DNA of 64,000 bases from an uncultured Chthonomonadaceae bacterium (GTDB lineage Bacteria; Armatimonadota; Chthonomonadetes; Chthonomonadales; Chthonomonadaceae), in contig CAWIEK010000049.1 in NCBI GenBank assembly GCA_963835065.1, positions 448,001 through 512,000 on the forward strand, written 5' to 3'. The notes under the pieces are model-generated. The model ran no database searches, had not been told where the DNA came from, and saw only the letters and a list, made by a program, of their open reading frames with translations. The position numbers and the translations under genes were made by a program. The stretch's first letter is position 1, and each line of letters starts with the position of its first letter. Below, one piece after another: positions 29,752 to 40,070 of the stretch.

Positions 29752-31140
29752 TCATCCATCTAACCTGACCCCTGAATCCTGACCCCTGGCCCCTATTCTC
29801 ATCTTCACTCCCTCCCGCGGGCGCAGCGTAACGGCAGGCTGCAGCACAATGTTCTGACCGGACACGAGTTCAAAGCGGCAGGATTGCAGCAGGGTTGCCA
29901 GCACCAGAACGGACTCCATCAGGGCGAAGGTGTTGCCGATGCACACGCGCGGCCCGCCGCCGAACGGAAAATAAGCGTATTTGGGCAGGGTTCGGGCGAA
30001 ATCTCCCTCCCAGCGTTCGGGGCGGAACGTTTCGGGGTCAGGGAAAAAGCGGGCGTTACGATGAACGGCCCACTGGCTGATGATGATGGTGCTGCCTTTG
30101 GCAACGGCGTGACCGCCAATCGTACAATCGGCAAGGGCGCTGCGGCCAAGCACCCACGCGGGCGGATACAGGCGCAGGGATTCCTGTATCACCTGCTCCG
30201 TATACTTCAAGTTGGGCTTGTCGGCGGCGGTTGCGGGACGATTGCCCAAAACGGTTTCCACTTCCGCGCGCAGTTTCGCTTCCACGTCGGGATACTGCGC
30301 TAAGAGGTACAGCGTCCATGTCAGCGTCAGCGCGGTGGTTTCATGCCCGGCCAGAAACAGCGTCAGCACTTCATCCCGAATTTGCCTGTCCGTCATGGCC
30401 GCGCCGCTTTCGCTCCCCTCTCCTTCTTGCGCTTCCTCATCCTGCGCGCGCAGCAGCATGGACAGCAGATCGCCCTTGTCTTCCCCACTCGCGCGGCGAT
30501 CCGCAATCAGCTTGTACACAATCGCGTCGAGTTCGGCAACGGCGCGGGTCATTCCGGGCAAGCGCGGCGTGGGAACCCAGCCGGGCAGCATGGAAAGAAT
30601 GTGTATCCACTTTTGAAAATGGCTTTGCGTCAGTTCCAGCGCTTCCGACACGACACCCATGTTTTGCAGTTCCGAGCCGAACAGGGTTTTGAGCGCAATC
30701 GGCATCGTCAGCTGCGTCATTTCCTGATGAATGTCGCGCGTTTCGCCGTTGTTCCAGGTGGAGATATAGGAGCGCGTTTCGTCCACCATGATCTGCGCAT
30801 ACGCGGCAATGCGTTCGCGGTGAAACGCGGGCTGCGCCAATTTGCGCTGCCGCCGCCAGAAGTCGCCCTCACTCGTCAGCAGGCCGTTGCCGAACAGCAG
30901 CCTGCTGCGGCGCAGGCCGGGTCCCTTGCTGAAATTGCGGTACTGCGCCACCAGCACCTCTTCGATGTCGTCTGGATCGCCAAGCAGAAAGGCGCGGCGC
31001 GGCCCCAAACGCAGGGGAACCCAGTCGCCGTACTCGCGGGCGCAATACAGCAAAAAGTTGAGCGGGTCGCTGCGAAAAGCGGGCATGTGGCCCAACACAA
31101 CATTCCCCTTTGGGCTGTCAGCAAGCGCAGCAACAGACAT
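29752..31140 (-). CDS. Cytochrome P450
   Basis: AGHETTA I-helix, ESLR, PERW and FGGGPRVCIG heme-binding motif. Confidence 0.96.
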   Translation of the reverse strand: MSVAALADSPKGNVVLGHMPAFRSDPLNFLLYCAREYGDWVPLRLGPRRAFLLGDPDDIEEVLVAQYRNFSKGPGLRRSRLLFGNGLLTSEGDFWRRQRKLAQPAFHRERIAAYAQIMVDETRSYISTWNNGETRDIHQEMTQLTMPIALKTLFGSELQNMGVVSEALELTQSHFQKWIHILSMLPGWVPTPRLPGMTRAVAELDAIVYKLIADRRASGEDKGDLLSMLLRAQDEEAQEGEGSESGAAMTDRQIRDEVLTLFLAGHETTALTLTWTLYLLAQYPDVEAKLRAEVETVLGNRPATAADKPNLKYTEQVIQESLRLYPPAWVLGRSALADCTIGGHAVAKGSTIIISQWAVHRNARFFPDPETFRPERWEGDFARTLPKYAYFPFGGGPRVCIGNTFALMESVLVLATLLQSCRFELVSGQNIVLQPAVTLRPREGVKMRIGARGQDSGVRLDG

Positions 31141-31231
31141 AGACAAATTCTCCAATATTCATAGGAAACAGAATGATCGTTACTTCATGTACGTTCCGGC
31201 TTCCGTTCAAATTCGACACTTTTTCGTGTCC

Positions 31232-32894
31232 TCATGGCTGGGACTGCTGCATAAGCGCCCGTATCTGCTGCTGAAGAGTACGCGCCGATGGCGCATTGGG
31301 ATTTGCCTGCTTCAACTTTTGTAATTCTCTTTCGGCCTCGGCGGGCATGCCTGCTTTCACATACAGCAGGCCGCGCAGGTACAGAAAATCGCCCACGCTG
31401 TCTATTTGGCGGGCTGTCTGCGCATCCAGAACCTTGAACTGTTGGCTGTTGGAGAGAATATCCTCGCCGCTGCTGTTGGTGACGACAACCTGCCACGAAT
31501 ACAGGACGCCGGGACGCAAGGGTTTGCGCGGAGTCCATGTGGCAGTGGTCAGTTTCCCGCTGCCCGGAAGTTCAGCCGTGCTGTTTGCTTCCCGTATCTT
31601 GACTTCGTAATGCCAATTGCCGGCGAGCGCCTTCCATTGGAATTGCGGCGTTGGGGAAGCAACAATGGGGGCGACGGGCGCGAGCAAGGTAATGGCTCCT
31701 GCCCGCTCCTGCCCGCTGCCCATCGTCACCCCTGCTTGGGAGGCAACGCTTTTCATCTGCGCGCGGCCTGCCGCAAGGGCGGTTTCAGGATGGTCAAGCA
31801 GATGCGCCAGGCCAGCGTCCTGCTTTTGCAAGCGCGCTAAATTACCTTGCTTATCACGGAACCATTGTCCGCCCGCCGCCATTTCCGGCAGAGGAACAGC
31901 CCCGGCAAGCGGATTTTGCTTCAGCTGATTCTGCGCCGTTTGTAAGTCCTGCCGCGCTTGCAGAAACTTTTTTCTGAAGCTGCGCCACTTGCGTTTGGCT
32001 TTGCTGCGTTAATTGTGCTTCGCGCTGCCGGGCTTGTTCCAGGTCAGACTGGAGAAGCGCGGCTTTCGCATCATTTTCTGTTGCCTGCCTGACGCGCGCC
32101 TCATCCCGCGCCTCCATCTGCCTGCGCAGGGGCAACAAAAACCCGATTATCAGTACGCCTGCCGCAAACGCCGCCCCCACTCCGAAGGAGACGAGGGAAT
32201 TCGGCGCGAGAGTAAAGTTCGGCAGCCATTTCGCGCGCCGGCGCTGCCAACCTGTTTCTGCTATGGGTTCTTTGCCGGAAAGTGGCGCGTCATTGTTCGG
32301 CGGCGCGTCCGCTTTTGGAAGCGCGGCAGGCGCGGCGTCCGGGACAGGCAGCGGGGGAGCGGGCGCAGTAACAGGCGGCGCAAGCGGCGGCGCGAAGGCA
32401 GTTGAACCGGCCAGGGATTGAAACACCTTCTCGGCATCCGTGTGGAGTTCCCGCAATTCCCGCGCGTCCCGGCGGCACAAATGGCACTCCTGTAGATGGG
32501 TCTCGACTCGCGTTTTATCGGGCGCGCTGAGTTCATCGGCAGCGTAGCGAGAAAGGTCTTCCTGCGCGATACACCCCCAATCCTCTTCCTGCCAACTGTC
32601 TTCCGCTCCCTGCGCTTGCCTCCATTCCTCTGCCGCCCGCTCCGTCTCCTCCCACTCGCTTTCCGGCTTCGCGCTGTCCTTCCATTTCGCTTCCTGCACT
32701 TCGCTTTCCGTTCGGGCAAACAACTGCAGGAGTTGCGCTTCGACGGCAGGCGCTTGAGAATGCAGAGCGCGGCGGCATTGCTCACATTCGCTCAGGTGCG
32801 CGTTTGCGGCTTCGGCAAAGGGAGCAGGATGCCGCGCATGGCCGAGGATACGGTCAATTTCTGCGGGTGTCAGATGTGGATTGGTTTCATTCAT
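31232..32894 (-). CDS. Anti-sigma-like protein: two zf-HC2 motifs, TM, coiled coil, DUF928-like C-domain (indel near 31900)
   Basis: HLSECEQC and HLQECHLC; TM FGVGAAFAAGVLIIGFLL; C-terminal PTPQFQW...LRPGVLYSWQV...GLLYVKAG..AEAERELQKL. Confidence 0.75.
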
Positions 32895-33021
32895 CGGAGG
32901 TGATTCATCCAATTTCAAGGCAATTTCAAACTTCATGTCGCAGCAAAGTTGGGCGCTGCCATACATAACCGTTGGTGAGTTTCTATAATTCTTACATCAG
33001 AATGCCTGACAGCATGCGAAC

Positions 33022-34053
33022 TTACAACAGGGGTGGCTCACCAAGCCGCTTCCTTATCTGTTCCAGATAGTAGCAGCGCATGCGATGCACTGCGCCGGCC
33101 GTTTTCCCATAGCGAAGGGCCATTTCTTTATCCGGCAGCGGAAGGCGGTTCCAAATTGCCTGCATTGCATCAGGATCAATTTCCAATGCGGCGGCAACGG
33201 AGTCGCAGGGATTCTTTGAGGTTACAAAAGATTTGAGTTCCTCGCGGTCCCGCGCCAGCAGAATATAGGCGCGGAACGGCATAGGTACGCTGCAAATTGC
33301 CTGCCAGCAGGGTTCCCAATTCCATATAGTCTTCGGCTCTTCCGGCGCGGTAAGCCATTTCTCCGTATCCCTGTTCTCATTCTCGCCCGGTTCCGGTAAT
33401 GCAACGGTGACAAGCGGCAATTCCGCGCGCAGTTTCACCAGATGCGCAGCTAATGTATCTTCCTCCAGCGGCGTTTGTACCCATTCTAAAAGTTTTACCA
33501 ACAGTTCCGATAAGCTGACCTGCTTATAATTTGCCGGATGGCGTCCCTGTAAGGCTTCCTGTACAAATGTCGTATCGTCGTCGCGAAACGCGCTATATCG
33601 CCGCGTTTCCCGAAAATCCTCATGTTGCCAGTTGGCGAAGCCGACCAGCCATTTTTTCTTGATCTGCCAGCGCGCCAGAAGGGTGTTCAGCGGCGGCTGC
33701 CGTAATCTGTCGCGCACATCGCGTTCCATGCGGCCTTCCGGGGAATTCCGTCGAAATTCTTCATCAAGGAGACGGTCTACAATTGTTGCCGCCAATCCCA
33801 AAACGTTCGTAACCGGAGTCTTATTGTCGCGGTATCTTCTCAATTGGTTAAGGATTCTAAAACGCGCTGTCTGACACATATCTTCGGCATCGGTACGCGA
33901 AAACCCCTCCGCCGCTATACTTCGACGGATGAGTGGAGCAAGGTCGCCAAGAAGCGTTTCTTCCAGACGCTTAGACGCCTGCAAATCTATGGCAGCCGTC
34001 GCATAGTATTCCTCAAGCAGACCTGCCAATCGTTGGAGTTTCTCTGAATCCAT
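33022..34053 (-). CDS. Atypical ECF-type sigma factor with a long insert between regions 2 and 4
   Basis: GGAG RBS; region-2-like APLIRRSI...DAEDMCQ...LAATIVDRLLDEEFRR; C-terminal HTH LPDKEMALRYGKTAGAVHRMR. Confidence 0.7.
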   Translation of the reverse strand: MDSEKLQRLAGLLEEYYATAAIDLQASKRLEETLLGDLAPLIRRSIAAEGFSRTDAEDMCQTARFRILNQLRRYRDNKTPVTNVLGLAATIVDRLLDEEFRRNSPEGRMERDVRDRLRQPPLNTLLARWQIKKKWLVGFANWQHEDFRETRRYSAFRDDDTTFVQEALQGRHPANYKQVSLSELLVKLLEWVQTPLEEDTLAAHLVKLRAELPLVTVALPEPGENENRDTEKWLTAPEEPKTIWNWEPCWQAICSVPMPFRAYILLARDREELKSFVTSKNPCDSVAAALEIDPDAMQAIWNRLPLPDKEMALRYGKTAGAVHRMRCYYLEQIRKRLGEPPLL

Positions 34054-34080
34054 GCCTTCTCCGCGCCATCGCCACATTTT

Positions 34081-34283
34081 GCCGGGTATTTTCAACGCTT
34101 GCTGTGAACTACTGGCCGTGTGGTTTACCGGGGGTTGAAAACCCCTGTCTGGACAAAGCAAGCGTCTTTCAGACGCGCCCAGGCTTTCGGGAAGTTGCGT
34201 CTGGAAGACGCTTGCACTTTCCTGCCGGGGATTTTCAATCCCCGGCCAGTATTTCACAGCAAGCGTTGAAAATACCCGGCTAC
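34081..34283. repeat. Nested palindromic (BIME/REP-like) element of about 200 bp
   Basis: 38-bp near-perfect terminal inverted repeat GCCGGGTATTTTCAACGCTTGCTGTGAAMTACTGGCCG, plus inner inverted pairs GGGGTTGAAAACCCC / GGGGATTTTCAATCCCC and GCAAGCGTCTTTCAGACGC / GCGTCTGGAAGACGCTTGC. Confidence 0.9.
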
Positions 34284-34285
34284 AC

Positions 34286-37200
34286 TCATTTCCAATCGCC
34301 AACCATCTGGAACGCCGCCCAATAGTAGGGATGCTGCCAAAAATGTTTTTGGTCATGCATTACCGCGATTTGCGCCCGCTGCAGCGCGACATCTTTGCTT
34401 GCTCCCGCTTTGTACTCGGTGTAGAAGCGTTTCATCAAGGCGTTGGCGCTGTTGGCGTCCACCTGCCATAAACTCACGCCCACGCTGCGCGCGCCCGCAT
34501 ACTGGAAGGCCCGCGTCAGTCCTACGACGCCCTCAAATTGCGTTTGTTTCCCCAACCCCGTTTCGCAGGCGGAAAGCATGACCAGATCGGCGGGCAAATG
34601 CAGGCGCAGAATATCCGCAGCGGTCAGCAGGCCCTTATCCGCGCCGTCCGAACGGAGTACGAGGGCGGAAGAAAGCGGGTCGCCATTTACCAGCAGGCCG
34701 TGACAGGCCAGATGCACAATAGTGGCCTGCCTCCCCTGCTGTCGCAGCGGCACACTGGTGGCCTGCTTGCCGGTATACGCTTCCACGCGATTGCCGTACA
34801 GGTTTTTCAAATCCGTAATCTGCTGCGTGATTTGCGGGACGAACGGCAGATGCAGGTTGTTTTGCTCCGAAGCCGGGACGGCCAGCGCGAGGATTTTCCC
34901 GGAGTGGGAAACCTGTATCTGACGCAGTTCGCGGTACAGGCTCAGGGAGGCAATCACGTGCAGGGGTTTGGCCTCTATCAAATGCGTGACCGGTTTGGGC
35001 TTTGCCGAATGTCCGACCGGCTTGTCCGGTGGAGAGGTGACCAGAGCGGCAAAGGGAAGCATATTCAGAACGCCGTCGGGACACAGCAGCAGGCGGTCAG
35101 AAGCGGCAATCTCCTTCTGCGCGGGCGCGACCAGTTGCTGATAAAGCAGGCGGGCGATAGGTTGGTAACTGCCGTTCGTTAGCAGCGCCCCGCGCAAATT
35201 CCGAACTTCCCGGCCAAGCGTTTCCTCGCCGATAGCAAGCGGAATGACGCGAACCTCGGTTTTGTTGGTCACGACAAACAGGTAGCTTTGTTTCTCGCCA
35301 AGCGCATACGCCAGCAGCAGGGTTCCCTCGTTCAGTGTCTGCTGCGCTTCCGCAAACGTCAGCGGTTTGGGATAGTGCAAGCCCGCGTAATGCGGCGAGG
35401 TCTGGCGAACGGTTGTTTCCAATTCGCGCTGCTTCGCATCCAGCGCTTGAATCTTGTCGCGCAGTTCATTGGCTTCAGCCTGTTGCGAATTGGCAGCCGC
35501 CGCAAGTAATTTTCGCGCTAACTCGCTGCGTTGCTGGGTGATTTGCCGCTGTTCCGCCAACTCCGGGGGCGCATCCGGCAGGGGAAGCGTGGAGGCCGAT
35601 GGTTCCCGTTCGCTGATCAGGTCTACAAGGCTGCGGGCGCGGGCGCGTTCCAGCGTTTCAAACGCGCCTTCCTTCTGGTTCAGGGCGATTTGCGCCTGCA
35701 TCATTCCCAAAAAAGGAACGGAATAATGTTCCAGCAGAAACGCGCGGTTTTCGGGGTTGGCAAGCTGCCCGCGCCGCGCTTCCACAATGTTCACGGCGTG
35801 GTCAAATTGCTTCAAGGCGTCTTCATTCTTGTGCTGTTCCAGCAACGTATAGCCCAAACAACCCCGTGAGTAAGCTTCCTCCAGAGAGTCAGGAGCGAAT
35901 TTCAGCGTCAGGTCGAGCATCTGCTGAAAGTGGCTTTGCGCGTTGTTGAAGTCTTCCTGCCGCGCCTCAACATACCCAAGCAGGGCATAGCTTTCTATCA
36001 GACTCGCAGAAGCGGGGGAGGAGCGTTGTCGAATTGTCAGCAACTCCTGCGCGTACTGCCGCGCCGGTTTCCAGTGCCCTTGTTGGACGGCTGCCAGGCT
36101 CAGACCTTCCAGCAAGACAGCCCTTTCCGCCGGGTTGGAAGTATTTTTCAGTAAAACAGCCGCTTTCTGAGCGTATCCTTGCGCGTCCGACAAAGCGCTC
36201 TGTAGAATTGCGACCCCATCCAGAAGGCGCAAAACCGTCGCTGTTTCAGAAAGCGGCGAACCACAATTCTTACAAATGGCGAGAGCGCGTTTATAGTAAC
36301 CTTTCGCCTGTGGTAAATCTCCTTCATTAAGCGCGACGATTCCCAGTGTATCCAGGGAAGCACACATATCAAGGGGATAAGGCTTTTGCTTCTCATAAAT
36401 ATCAAGCGCCATCTGCGCGTACTTCCGCGCGTCGTCTAATTTATACTGTGGCAAGGCAAGAATTCCAAGTTGTGCGTAACAAGTCGCTTCCTCTTGTGTG
36501 CCGGGAAGAATTTTGTGGCGGATAGCCAGCGCTTCCCACATATATTCTTCCGCCTTCAGAAAATTTCCTGAACCACTCTCAACTAAGCCCAGGTGTACAA
36601 GAATATCCGCATGAACAGGAGAGCCGGGCATCTTCTTGCGGGCCAGGGAAAGCGCTTCTTCAAGATAGGGGCGCGCATGGCTGAAGTCTTCCTGCATCAG
36701 TGCGACGTGTCCCATGTTGTCAAGTATCACCAGCATTGTTTCGGGTCGAAGTTTTCTCGACGATAAATAACCAGCGCCTGACGCGAATACTCCATTCCCT
36801 GTGGTAAGCGGTTCTGGTTGAAAGCTGCAACTGCCAAATCAGCATAAAAACGATGGCAATATCCAACGAATCGGGCGCATGTTTTTGTAAAATGGCAAGC
36901 GCCGCCTCATAGTTTTTTTGCGCCTGCTGTATAATTGCCCTGCCCATCGTCGGCTCTGCCCAAGCCGTCAGAGCGCGTCTGCGGTCTGCCACGAAACAGC
37001 AGCCTGCGTCCGGCAGCGGGCAAGCGCCTGTTCATAAAGTTTACGCGCTTCCTTCCAATCCTGACGCACAATGGCAATGTGTGCTTGTTGCTCATGTCTT
37101 CGGCTTCCCAAAAAACGTTCCGGTTGGCGGCGTCCAAGTTGCCGCGCCTGCTCATACCATGTCAAAGGCTCCCGGTAGATCGTTTTGATATTCCCGCGCC

Positions 37201-37862
37201 TCGCCCAATGCAAACAGAATGCTTCTTTGTGCGGCGGCATCATCTCCCGTTTTCTCCACATTCTTCCAGGCGCGTTCCTGCCATGTCTGCACCTGTTTCC
37301 AGTCACTCCGAAGACGGTACATTTCGCCTGTTCGCCAGCACAGCCAGCCAGCCCCAGCAATATTGCCCGCCTTTTCCAGCGCTTCAATGGCGCTCTGCCA
37401 GGAAACCACGCCCTCTTCCATATGCCCGTTTGCAATATTTGTCAGTCCGGCGTCATACAAAGCTTGCAACGGAGCCGGCCATTGCGGACGAACGCGCACG
37501 TCCGACGCTTTGTCCGGCGAAAGTATTCCCGGCAATGGTACCGGCAAATGACCATCAGGGGCTGATTTGCCCGCAAGCCTTTAAGCGTGATGGCGGACCC
37601 GGACGCATTTTCCCGCGCCGCTACAAAATCAAACGCGGAGCGCAAAGGACGCGCGCCGCACCACTGCAACACATCGCCGACATGCAAACCGGCTTTTTCC
37701 GCAGAGGAACCCGGCGCAACCGCTTCCACACACCCCGGACGGCTGCGCATCATTCGGCGTTTGCGCCTGCCTGTAATTTGCAGACGCGGACTTGAACATC
37801 AGGCGGGAACCACCGACACACAGGACTACAACGACAACAAGGATACGTGAGGAAAACCGCAT
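34286..37862 (-). CDS. Signal/TM - PDZ - TPR - CHAT (caspase-like) protease (several indels between 36700 and 37560)
   Basis: N-terminal hydrophobic helix; VEAVAPGSSAEKAGLHVGDVL (PDZ); many TPRs; ERARARSL; VHLACHG and VMLSACETGLG catalytic dyad; HPYYWAAF end. Confidence 0.88.
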
Positions 37863-38190
37863 GAGAAACCTTCCTTCGATATTCTTCCCTGCGAACGTGA
37901 AAAAGCGCGTGGATATGCGAGCATTGAATAGACCTCTATATTCAATGCCCCTTACCTGTCTGTAAATTTTGCTTCGATAGTACAAATACCTGCTTCCTGA
38001 AAAACAAAAGATGAGGGAAAAAATTATTGAAAAATTTCTGGTAGTGTTGTAAGCCAGGCAAATTTTACACCAACTATGGAGACAAGAGCGGCGCAGGGTT
38101 TCGACAAGCCCAAGTTTTGGCCTCTTATGCCACTTTCAAGCCTGTATGGGTTGTGACGCTGGTACTTTCACTTCAGAAAGAGAATTTCTT

Positions 38191-39116
38191 ATGTACAAAA
38201 ACACGTTTAAGTCTCTGCGGCCTTTGTTTCCGGCAACGTTACTCGCTTGTTTATCTCTATGTGCCTCTACGGCACACGCGCAATTCTTAATTCGTATCGG
38301 TGACGCCGATGGCTTCGGCTACCAATCGGCTCCCGGATTCAGGGCGGCAAACGGTGGGCCGGCCAACCGTGACGGCTTGGGCATCCTTGGCAACAGGGAT
38401 TTCCTTCCCGACATCAATCGAGACGGCCAGACCGCGAGCGGCAGGGGAGATGATTTTGACCTGCGTACCGCCAACGAGATTGCTAACACCGCACTCACTG
38501 GCGGCTTTGGCGTGACCAATACCACGGGTACGCTTGGCTCGAAATTCACCGATATTTCTCTTTCGACAAGCTATGACACCAGCAGCGCAGCCAAAAGTGT
38601 CCTGATTGGCGGCAACCCGAACACAGGCTTAATTCGGGGCGCAGGCGGCGCTTTTCCGTCGCCTCCAGCGTCTTCCCTGCCTAATCAGCCGGGTTTCGTG
38701 TTCCACTTCAATGTGGATAAAACGGCTTTAAGTTCTTCGAGTTCGATTTTCTTCAATCTCGTCTTCGGCGACTATGATGTGACACGGCGGATATTCAGCT
38801 TACGGAGGCAGACAACACAACGCGCATCCTCAGTTTGGTGCAGCAGGACACAACCTCTGATGGCTTGATTCAAGCAGCCACCGCGAACCTCACCTTCGGA
38901 GACGTATTTACCGACGGCGGCTCAGTATGGATCGGGTCTCTAAAAGTGGACTTCATTGCCCCGAATGAACCCTACACTGCGTTTGACTACGTGGAGTTAA
39001 GTACCACTCCACTGGTTGCCGTACCCGAACCCGGCACAATCGCCCTGCTTCTGGCAGGTGGATTGAGTGGCACGGGATGGCTGATGCGCCGCAGACGGGC
39101 TAAACAAGTCGGGTAA
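38191..39116 (+). CDS. PEP-CTERM sorting-domain exported protein (indels near 38790-38835)
   Basis: Signal peptide ending AHA; C-terminal VPEPGTIALLLAGGLSGTGWLMRRRR. Confidence 0.85.
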
Positions 39117-39162
39117 GATAAAGAAGCCATTCCGATAGCTTTGTGCCACGCCGGGGGCTTTG

Positions 39163-39359
39163 ACCCTCAACCCCGGCCCTTCTCCCTGATTCCCGAACTG
39201 CGTTCGGAGGGAGAAGGGAGCGAGTGTCATACCTTTACCTGACCAGTGGAAGATGGACGTGTTGTAAAGATTATAATCAACGGACACAGGCTGTGCCTTC
39301 GCTCCCTTCTCCCTGCGACGAAGGAGCGAATCAGGGAGAAGGGCCGGGGTTGAGGGTAC
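39163..39359. repeat. Left REP-like doublet (copies A and B', inverted)
   Basis: ACCCTCAACCCCGGCCCTTCTCCCTGATTC-loop-GGGAGAAGGGAGCGA at 39163-39223; inverted copy at 39299-39357. Confidence 0.9.
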
Positions 39360-39735
39360 CATCTTCCGGTTGCAAACGCGCACAGGTCTGCGCAATCACA
39401 ATCAGGACACCTTCCAGATTGTCGCGCACATCGGCGTTGGTAACGCGCAGAGTATGGTAGCCGTGCAAATGCAGCCAGTCGTCGCGGGCGGCGTCACGCT
39501 CGACGGTTCCGTTGTGCGAACTGCCGTCCACTTCCACGAGCAGGCGTAACTCCGCGCAGTAGAAGTCGGCAATATACCTGTCCAGAACCACCTGACGGCG
39601 AAACTTGTGCCCGTCGCACTTCCGGTCACGCAAATACGCCCACAACCGCGCTTCCATAGGAGTCATTTCGCGGCGAAATTGGCGGGCGCGTTCCGTCAGT
39701 TGCGGACGGATACGCAGGCGTTTCTCTTGGGGCAT
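39331..39735 (-). CDS. DUF559 (Vsr-like) endonuclease
   Basis: RARQFRREMTPMEARLWAYLR, KFRRQ, YIADFYC, LLVEVDGSSH, DAARDDWL, LRVTN. Confidence 0.93.
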   Translation of the reverse strand: MPQEKRLRIRPQLTERARQFRREMTPMEARLWAYLRDRKCDGHKFRRQVVLDRYIADFYCAELRLLVEVDGSSHNGTVERDAARDDWLHLHGYHTLRVTNADVRDNLEGVLIVIAQTCARLQPEDGTLNPGPSP

Positions 39736-39810
39736 ACGTTCGTTTCCTTTCCGGGGCGGGATTGCAATGGCGATTGCTTCGACAGCGGCGTGGATGGTTC
39801 CTGCCAGGTT

Positions 39811-40010
39811 GTACCCTCAACCCCGGCCCTTCTCCCTGATTCGCTCCTTCGTCGCAGGGAGAAGGGAGCGAGTGTGGTAGCTTTACCTGTTGAACGTGAA
39901 GTGGGCGCATTCGTAAATCTTGTAGCTCACGCACTCACCTTCCGCCTTCGCTCCCTTCTCCCTCCGAACGCAGTTCGGGAATCAGGGAGAAGGGCCGGGG
40001 TTGAGGGTAC
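39811..40010. repeat. Right REP-like doublet (copies B and A', inverted)
   Basis: Same repeat at 39813-39871 and inverted at 39948-40008. Confidence 0.9.
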
Positions 40011-40070
40011 AACCTCCCGTTTTGCAGCAGCCTGAATAGCCAGAATCAGATTTCGCTATAGCGCGTATTG

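Noticed and set aside
33022..34356. 444-aa version of the sigma factor, and similar upstream extensions (6107, 25953, 57074, 58052)
   Set aside because: The extensions read through repeat elements or leaders; RBS-supported starts lie downstream.
31232..37862. Type III-E Craspase locus
   Set aside because: There is no Cas7-11, Csx31 or CRISPR array in the window; the resemblance is only an analogy.
39163..40010. CRISPR array
   Set aside because: The repeats are ~60 bp, alternate in orientation and enclose a gene; there are no regular spacers and no cas genes.
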